From positions 64,001 through 128,000 of the forward strand of contig CAVYSE010000024.1 in NCBI GenBank assembly GCA_963771075.1: a stretch of DNA of 64,000 nt, in the 5' to 3' direction. Both the position numbers and the translations under genes were made by a program. This stretch comes from a candidate division FCPU426 bacterium (GTDB lineage Bacteria > Oederibacteriota > Muellerivitia > Muellerivitales > Muellerivitaceae). The notes beneath the pieces were generated by a model. The model saw nothing but the letters and a program-made list of their open reading frames with translations. It was not told where the DNA came from and did no database searches. Shown here piece after piece: positions 57,653-64,000 of this stretch. Numbering within the stretch: the stretch's first letter is position 1; every line of letters begins with the position of its first letter.

Positions 57653-58257
57653 AGGGCGTACTCGGCGGACCTGGCCAGTCGCACGGCAGAGGCGAATCTT
57701 TTTTGGGCTTCCGCCCAATTGATGACTTTCAGGAAAGCCTCGGTGTAATCCGACCGGTTATCGCCATAATCCGTCATGTAAGCGTGGTCGAAACAATCGT
57801 TGACCAGGAGGGAAACACAATAGAAAAGGCTTCCCACCTCATGCCCGGTGATCCATAGGTTAATGAGGTTTTTTCCTTCCGGTTCCCAGGCCAGGACCGC
57901 CCAGCCTTCTCCCCGGGTGAGGGAGACTTCCCAAAAATCATTCGCCCAGGACTCCAGGGAACCATAGGTCTTGATGATCTGGACCGCCAAATCCGAATCG
58001 GGGTCAAGGGACTGGGATTGCCTGGCCATATTCCCGAAATAGATCTCATGGAGCCGGACGCCGGTGAAATCCGAGGCGAAAGCATTCTTAATGGCATCAT
58101 ATTCCGGATTATCCCTTTGAGCCCCATTCAGTACGTCGATCATCCGGTTGAAACGGTCGAGGAAACCTTCATAGATTTTGATATGGTCTTTTATGTATTC
58201 GTCGCTGAATCCCGGCATACCCAACAAATGCTCATAACTTTGTCCCGCGTAAGTCAT
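57649..58257 (-). CDS. Fe/Mn superoxide dismutase-like protein
   Basis: H..IY, LHEIYFGNM, GWAVL, DCFDHAY, INW. Confidence 0.85.
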   Translation of the reverse strand: MTYAGQSYEHLLGMPGFSDEYIKDHIKIYEGFLDRFNRMIDVLNGAQRDNPEYDAIKNAFASDFTGVRLHEIYFGNMARQSQSLDPDSDLAVQIIKTYGSLESWANDFWEVSLTRGEGWAVLAWEPEGKNLINLWITGHEVGSLFYCVSLLVNDCFDHAYMTDYGDNRSDYTEAFLKVINWAEAQKRFASAVRLARSAEYAL

Positions 58258-58338
58258 CGTGCGTCCCTTTCGGAAATAGTTTGGCACAGACAACGCCATC
58301 CCCCCGCCGCTTTCTTGAATTCCTGCTAACACAGTAAA

Positions 58339-58354
58339 AGCAAGTTCCATACCC
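58339..58354 (-). promoter_or_regulatory. sigma54 -24/-12 promoter
   Basis: GGGTATGGAACTTGCT. Confidence 0.7.
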
Positions 58355-58540
58355 CGTGATTTTTTTTGATCAGGTCTCCAGGTATCGCGCCCATCTTGAT
58401 CCATACGGAATTTCCAGCCGGGATGGGACATGGAACGGCCGGCTTCTATCAAAATGATGTTCCCCTAAATCTCACTTTGATCCTCTGCCAAGACGAATCC
58501 CGGGAAGCGCATTGAAAGCCGCGCAAGCTGTTTCACGCGG

Positions 58541-58556
58541 CGGCTCGTTTCTTGCT
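58541..58556 (+). promoter_or_regulatory. sigma54 -24/-12 promoter
   Basis: CGGCTCGTTTCTTGCT. Confidence 0.65.
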
Positions 58557-58638
58557 TCCTTTGATACGACACGATTCTTAAAAACTTCGCAAGCCAAGGC
58601 GGGGAACATGACTTTCACCCGCAAAGGACATTAAACCT

Positions 58639-59073
58639 ATGATCTCTGAAAAAACGTCGGACGCCCTCACCGTCACCCTCTCCACCTATCCCGGTCGGCC
58701 CGAAATTTCCCTCCTTTCGGTCAGGGGTTACCTCGACACCACCACCACCCCGGATTTCGAGGAAATTTTCCAATCCGCCTTGCGCCAAAAGAAATTCAAG
58801 CTGGTGGTCGACTTGAAGGACGCGGATTACATCAGCAGCGCGGGCTGGGGGATCTTCGTCAGCGAGATCAAGCGCATCCGCCAGGGAAAAGGGGATTTGG
58901 TGCTTTCCGGGATGAATCCGGGGGTCCAGGAGATTTTCAAGCTTTTGGAATTCGACACCTTTTTGAGTTCCTTTCCCAACGTCGAAACGGCGGTCGAGAA
59001 GGGTTTTAGGGACATCCTTCCCCTGCCGGCCAAAGGGGACCCCCTCGGCGGGCGCGGAAAAAAAACGCCATGA
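58639..59073 (+). CDS. STAS-domain anti-sigma factor antagonist
   Basis: VRGYLD, VVDLKDADYISSAG, IFKLL. Confidence 0.88.
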   Translation: MISEKTSDALTVTLSTYPGRPEISLLSVRGYLDTTTTPDFEEIFQSALRQKKFKLVVDLKDADYISSAGWGIFVSEIKRIRQGKGDLVLSGMNPGVQEIFKLLEFDTFLSSFPNVETAVEKGFRDILPLPAKGDPLGGRGKKTP

Positions 59074-59771
59074 TCACCCTGCGCAGGTCGGAAGAACGCC
59101 GCCACATCGCCGTTGAGAACCAGAAAACCTGGAGGACCTTCGACTGGGAAAACCAGGCCGACCCCCTGCGGGGTGGTTTCGGCGTATTAAAGGTTTTCAA
59201 CGAGGAAATCCTGAACCCGGGCCGGGCCTTCACCCTCCACACCCAGGAGGACAGGGTGGTCGTGACCTACATCAACGAGGGCGTCATGATCTTCAACCGG
59301 CCCAGGCTTGGAAAAACCGGGCTCATGGAAACGGGGGACCTCCAACTTTCCTACGCCCTTTCCGGTTCCAAGCCCTATTCCCTCAACCACTCGTCCCTCG
59401 ACCAGGCGCGGTTTTTCCAAAGCGGATTCTCGCCCCTCGTGGGCCCCCAAGAACCCGGGGGCGACAAAAAACACTTCACCCTCGCCGAGCGCAAGGGGGT
59501 CTTGAAGCTCATCGCCTCCCCCGACGGCAAGGAAGCTTCCCTCAAGATCCGGCAGGATGTGGAGATGTATTCCACGCTCATCCACAAGGGGAACCACATG
59601 ATCCACGAGCTGAAACCGGGCCGAACCGCCTGGCTTCACGTGGTCAAGGGCCGAATCGACCTGGGGGAACTCATCCTCCTGGCGGGGGACGGAGCCGGAT
59701 ATTCGGAAGAAATCGGCGTCTCATTCACCGCCCAGGAACCCAGCGAAATACTTTTGTTTGATTTACCCTGA
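59070..59771 (+). CDS. Pirin-like bicupin
   Basis: GFGVLKVFNEE, IASPDG..ASLKIRQD, AGDGA, LLFDL. Confidence 0.85.
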   Translation: MITLRRSEERRHIAVENQKTWRTFDWENQADPLRGGFGVLKVFNEEILNPGRAFTLHTQEDRVVVTYINEGVMIFNRPRLGKTGLMETGDLQLSYALSGSKPYSLNHSSLDQARFFQSGFSPLVGPQEPGGDKKHFTLAERKGVLKLIASPDGKEASLKIRQDVEMYSTLIHKGNHMIHELKPGRTAWLHVVKGRIDLGELILLAGDGAGYSEEIGVSFTAQEPSEILLFDLP

Positions 59772-59795
59772 ATCAGCGAAATCCAAGGCCCGGAA

Positions 59796-60521
59796 TCAGG
59801 TTTTGACTGTTTCACCCAAGGGGGTATGGGCCTTGTCCATCCGCGGCTTGGCTTTAACGGACCCCTCCGGCGGGGCGCTGATGCCGCAGTAACCCCCGCA
59901 ACCGGGGCAGCGGACCACCTTCAAGTCGGCGGGGCGATGAAGGATATAGGACAAGGAGCAATGGGGACAGGCGGTCTTCCTCCCCACCGGCCTGGAAGTG
60001 GAATGATCGAACAGGGCCATCCCCGTTTTCCCGTCAAAATATTCCCCAAGTTCGGAAGGGTCGCGGCGCGCGAGGAGATCGGCGGCCTCCGAAACCCCTT
60101 CCTTCATGAGGGTGGGCGCCGGCCTGGGTTCCTCATAGGTTTCGGCCAGCTTCACGACGTAATCGGTCCAGGCGTTGGTGGTGTAGAGGCTGATGGAATG
60201 CTCGAATCGAGGCACAAGGCCCGTGATTCTTTTAATATCTTCGCAATGCCCGAACACGTAGACATCCTTGCCTCCGGCGAAACGGGTAGTCTTTAAATCC
60301 GGGATCTCGGTACCGGGCGTCATTGGGCCGCCCTGGCTGAACATCAGGAATAGGGCGCTGGAATTTTTAGCGTGATCAAGAAATTTCGCCTTATCCCCCG
60401 CCCCCGTGATCGTTTCGTAATCCATCCAAACCGTCCCCAATTCCACCGTCGAAAACACCTTCTCAAAAAAGGGTTTAAACCGTTGGTCTAATCGGCTGTT
60501 CAATAGAAGGATCTGCCGCAC
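59796..60521 (-). CDS. Hypothetical protein, alpha/beta N-domain plus C-terminal Zn ribbon
   Basis: GTG start inferred; CPHC..CPGC. Confidence 0.55.
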   Translation of the reverse strand: MRQILLLNSRLDQRFKPFFEKVFSTVELGTVWMDYETITGAGDKAKFLDHAKNSSALFLMFSQGGPMTPGTEIPDLKTTRFAGGKDVYVFGHCEDIKRITGLVPRFEHSISLYTTNAWTDYVVKLAETYEEPRPAPTLMKEGVSEAADLLARRDPSELGEYFDGKTGMALFDHSTSRPVGRKTACPHCSLSYILHRPADLKVVRCPGCGGYCGISAPPEGSVKAKPRMDKAHTPLGETVKT

Positions 60522-60883
60522 TGGAAACCCCCTTGGCTGTTCCGGTATTGGTGAATTCCGTTTTTGTAAATGGCGGGTGTCCGGACAGGGGTTAATAGAG
60601 CAATTTCCATACCTTGAACCTGTGGGGGGCAAGAGGTGGAACCCTTTCCAGGGTCCGATTCGGCCAAGTCCATGCCGCCGGCCTATCAAAGAGAGAAAGG
60701 GATCGAACCATTTTGATTCGTTGGGCCGCCAGGCCCTTTTGACCGCTTTCGTCCCGTTTAACTCAATGGACACCGAATAAACTACTCTTGCCGCTGGAAG
60801 AGCCTATAGTCCAAGTGAGTATTACGAACTATTGCTCGTGGTGTTTGGAGCCGCGTTTTGTGATTCTCTCGGAGGAGGCTCCC

Positions 60884-61147
60884 ATGGAATTCGAGCACGC
60901 GTTCAAAAAGTTGGCCACACGGTACAAGGTCTTACGCCTCCACCGGGGAATGATCCAGGAGGACGTCCTGGAACACAACTTCTCGGTCCGGCACTACCAG
61001 CAGTTGGAAGCCGGAAGGCCCCATTCCCTCACGACTTTATTCCGGCTTTCCGTCATGTTCGATACCCACCCGGAAATCCTGATCAAGGGCCTGTTGAACG
61101 GGCGAAACGGCCATCGTAAAAAGGGAAAAAAACGCCGAACGAAATAG
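60884..61147 (+). CDS. XRE-family HTH protein
   Basis: LRLHRGMIQED...SVRHYQQLEAG; GGAGGAGG RBS. Confidence 0.8.
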   Translation: MEFEHAFKKLATRYKVLRLHRGMIQEDVLEHNFSVRHYQQLEAGRPHSLTTLFRLSVMFDTHPEILIKGLLNGRNGHRKKGKKRRTK

Positions 61148-61299
61148 TTTTTATTCCCCCTAAACTGAAGCACTACCAAAATGAGAGCCTTCCCGATTGA
61201 TTTGATAGGGCCGTCGGCCGCGCCGCTTCCGCGCGAAGGTCGCCGGATTCAAAACCGCGATTTCCCGCGTGATTCCTGCCCGGCCGCACGGTCCGCCCG

Positions 61300-61315
61300 C
61301 GGCACGGTCCTTGCT
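61300..61315 (+). promoter_or_regulatory. sigma54 -24/-12 promoter
   Basis: CGGCACGGTCCTTGCT. Confidence 0.82.
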
Positions 61316-61350
61316 TTTACATGGACGGGTGACAATCCATCGATGATGAG

Positions 61351-61719
61351 GTGAAACGAATGCCGATTTCGAAAGAAGCCCTCAAGGGCAAAATGAAGGA
61401 CCGCAACACGGTGGTCTTGAACGTACTGTCGGAGGCGGATTTCGCGAAGCTCCACATAAAGGGTTCGGAAAGCTTTCCCCTGACCCAAAACACGGTCGAA
61501 TTCGCCCGGGAAGTCGAGAAGAAATACGGGAAGGACAGGTTTTTCATCGCCTATTGCGAGGGACCGACCTGCAGCGCGGGCCCGAACGCGGCCAAGGCCT
61601 TGAAGGTCCATGGCCTGGATGCCGTGGATTTCGCGGGAGGCATGCAGGAATGGGAATCCGCGGGTTATCCCACCGAGGGCACCGCGGCGAAGCCTCCAAC
61701 GGCCCATGCGCTCAAATAG
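61351..61719 (+). CDS. Rhodanese-domain protein (paralog of 53024-53389)
   Basis: MPISKEALK, YCEGPTC, GGMQEW. Confidence 0.88.
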   Translation: MKRMPISKEALKGKMKDRNTVVLNVLSEADFAKLHIKGSESFPLTQNTVEFAREVEKKYGKDRFFIAYCEGPTCSAGPNAAKALKVHGLDAVDFAGGMQEWESAGYPTEGTAAKPPTAHALK

Positions 61720-61732
61720 TCTCCCTTTTTGA

Positions 61733-61770
61733 AAAGGCCCGCGTTCCCCCCGGGGACGTGGGCTTTTTTT
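61733..61770 (+). terminator. Intrinsic terminator
   Basis: GGCCCGCGTTCCC..GGGGACGTGGGCTTTTTTT. Confidence 0.75.
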
Positions 61771-62021
61771 AGTGAAAATGCGCCCTTTTCACAAAAAGGA
61801 AAAAGGGAAGTGTAAAGGGGATTTGGGTTTCAGCTTTGCCCGCCGTCTTTAGCAAAGCTTTTTTCATGCGCGAAATAATGAATGACAATTGTCCCGTTTT
61901 TTCCTTCCAGAATGAAAAAATTCACTCATTAAAGGCGAATAGGCGCAAAATAGTTCGTGAAGTATCCAAACGGGGAGCGTGAGGATCTTACGATCTTCCG
62001 AATCAACATTCGGAGAATGCA

Positions 62022-63218
62022 ATGCGCCCCCCACTTATCCCACCAGCTTCCCGTAAGCTCTCATTCCACCTTCTCATCTTTCCGGCGGTGTTTTTGTTAT
62101 TACCCTTGGCCCTATCCTGCGACCGTCTCCACGCTTACCTGCACCCCGACGCGGGCAAAGTCGGGTTTATCGACCACCAGGGAAAATTCGTCATCAAACC
62201 CCAGTATCAATGGATTCAGGGCTTCAAGGGCAACGTAGCCGCGGTGGAGGTGAAGAACCTGGATAAAAGCGCGGACGGTACCCAATACAACCTGACGGAT
62301 AAATTCGGCGCCATCAACACGAGGGGGGAACTGGTCGTTCCGCTGGAATACGACACCGTGCGGGCCCTGGGCGACGGTTACATCATGGCCGAAAACGACA
62401 AGGGCTGGATCTTGTTCGACGAGAACGGGAAAAAACTTTGTCCCGAACCCTTCAAGCGGCAATTCACGGATTCGGGGGACGGGCTGGTCGGATACGAGGA
62501 AATGCGCAAAGACGGTAGCCCGGAATTCGGCTTCCTGGACAAGGCCGGTAACCGCCTTTACACGACCGTTTATCTCCACAACACGGAGACGCCGGCAAGG
62601 GTTTACAACGACCGTTTTGGCGAGGGGTTGGTTTGGGCGAGTGACGGGAAGGGACGCATGCTGGTGGACCGCGAAGGCAAGGTCGCGGCGCGTTTCACGA
62701 ACTCGGGGGTGACCTTGAACGCCGAGATGCCTTTCGTGGGCGGTCTTTCGGCGGTGGCCACTTCCTTCACTAAGGACGACCAGAATTTTACGGAGCGATC
62801 CAACTGGGGCTACGTGAACACGAAGTGCGAATGGGTGGTTCCGGGCATGTATGCCGAGGCGCACGATTTTTCCGAGGGTCTGGGATGCGTTAAGCTGGGA
62901 AAACTCTACGGTTTCGTGGACACGACGGGAAAGGAAGTCATCCCCCCGCAGTTCGACGACGTGGGCCAGGACGGCTTCGCGAACGGCCTTTGCGTGGTCT
63001 CCAAGGGAAAAAAGGACGCTTATTTTTTTATCGACACCCAGGGCAAGAGGGCCATCGACGCAGATTATGAGGCCGCCTACGGGTTCCACGAGGGGCTGGC
63101 GGCGGTAAGGGTGAAGGGCCAATGGGGCTTTATCGACAAGACTGGGAAATTCGTGATCAAGCCGGTTTTCGAATCGGTGGGAAGCTTCAACAGCGGGCTG
63201 GCCGCGGCGTCCGAATAA
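62022..63218 (+). CDS. WG-repeat secreted or lipoprotein
   Basis: Repeated GFID..G..VI.P.F and F.EGLA.V units; signal ending ALSC. Confidence 0.88.
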   Translation: MRPPLIPPASRKLSFHLLIFPAVFLLLPLALSCDRLHAYLHPDAGKVGFIDHQGKFVIKPQYQWIQGFKGNVAAVEVKNLDKSADGTQYNLTDKFGAINTRGELVVPLEYDTVRALGDGYIMAENDKGWILFDENGKKLCPEPFKRQFTDSGDGLVGYEEMRKDGSPEFGFLDKAGNRLYTTVYLHNTETPARVYNDRFGEGLVWASDGKGRMLVDREGKVAARFTNSGVTLNAEMPFVGGLSAVATSFTKDDQNFTERSNWGYVNTKCEWVVPGMYAEAHDFSEGLGCVKLGKLYGFVDTTGKEVIPPQFDDVGQDGFANGLCVVSKGKKDAYFFIDTQGKRAIDADYEAAYGFHEGLAAVRVKGQWGFIDKTGKFVIKPVFESVGSFNSGLAAASE

Positions 63219-63239
63219 AACCTATTGGGGGTAACCGGC

Positions 63240-64000
63240 ATGGGGGTAGGGATCAAGGCTTTGATGGCGGCGGGGTTGATCTTCGGAGGGTCTCTCGGGG
63301 CCGGGGCGCTGGGTTGCGAGGTCGCGGGCGAAGCTTGGCGTCCTGACAAGCCAGGCAAGCCCTATGAAGCGTTGACTTCAACGCAATACTATTCGAATTG
63401 CGCGGAATGCCAGGCGGCCATCGAGGATACTTACGCGAAATATCCCGGTTATTACCGGAATCTGCAATGCGTGAATTGCGATTGCGGCCAAAGTGAGGGA
63501 AACGACAACGCCACCACGAGTCAATCTTCCCCGGACCCGTCGGCGAACGATCAAGCGGCTCAGCAGGCGGCGGATGAAAAAGAACGCGAGGCGAACCTGG
63601 CCAAGGAGCAGAAGTTCAAGGAAGACAAGCAGGACGCCTTGAGCCAGCTCAAAGGCGTTTCCGGGGACAGCGACGAGGCCGCCGATGAAAAGGGCGTCGA
63701 ACCGGTTTCGAAACAACTCAACGGGCCCCGTGAAAGGGCGGTCAGCATCTCGGGCGGGGGTTTTGATCGTGCTTCCGGCAGGGCCAAACCGAAGGAATTG
63801 AATATCCCGCCCGCCTCGCCCCCGGTCCGGGAAGAGCCCCTGGTGACCCTCGAGAAACAAATCAAGCAATACCAAACCGACCTGGAAAAAAAGAAGAAAA
63901 AAATACAAGAACTGAATAGGAAGATCACCCAATTGGCCGTCAAGCTAAACGAAACATCCGCCCCTGAGGTTGAAAGCGCCCCCGCCACGCCCCCGCCAGG
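63240..64000 (+). CDS. 3'-partial hypothetical secreted Cys-containing coiled-coil protein
   Basis: Open frame from ATG 63240 (MGVGIKALMAAG..ALGC) to the window end. Confidence 0.6.
   Translation, partial: MGVGIKALMAAGLIFGGSLGAGALGCEVAGEAWRPDKPGKPYEALTSTQYYSNCAECQAAIEDTYAKYPGYYRNLQCVNCDCGQSEGNDNATTSQSSPDPSANDQAAQQAADEKEREANLAKEQKFKEDKQDALSQLKGVSGDSDEAADEKGVEPVSKQLNGPRERAVSISGGGFDRASGRAKPKELNIPPASPPVREEPLVTLEKQIKQYQTDLEKKKKKIQELNRKITQLAVKLNETSAPEVESAPATPPP

Noticed and set aside
467..63988. Long antisense or alternate-frame ORFs (e.g. 467-1312, 5859-6842, 49184-49996, 62112-63122)
   Set aside because: These are shadow ORFs of GC-rich genes with no recognisable motifs.

Overview
Bacterial chromosomal window in three parts. 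(1) 1-13.9 kb, GC-rich core: a partial outer-membrane protein, a lipoprotein, a LacI regulator, a nucleotidyltransferase, galK, xylA, peptide ABC permeases, priA, an RluA-family synthase and tRNA-Leu(CAA). Several genes here carry indels that look like long-read errors. (2) About 13.9-41.8 kb, a lower-GC island after the tRNA with no intact integrase. It holds a HigBA-like TA pair and a fluoride-riboswitch operon (antiporter, USP, crcB, DUF190, dynamin-like GTPase, enolase, DUF6062). It also has a rhodanese/TauE cassette, a 500-bp structured array of 15 ATTGTGCCA sites before a membrane-anchored winged-helix protein, IS4 and IS256 elements, and a defence cluster (truncated GmrSD, PIN-TM, RadC, GNAT-PIN plus ASCH, type III R-M, HNH). 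(3) 41.8-64 kb, GC-rich again. It contains an electron-transfer operon (two CuA proteins, ferritin-like protein, polyferredoxin, Cyc2-like cytochrome-porin, no oxidase subunit I), a XylR-type sigma54 activator and a GT4/GH130 pair. It ends with a redox/stress block carrying six sigma54 promoters and a recurring CTATCA-N3-TGATAG palindrome. The best candidates for undescribed systems are the repeat array plus TM-wHTH module, the Cyc2/CuA operon and the self-contained sigma54 regulon. All family calls are motif recognition by eye; no database search was run.
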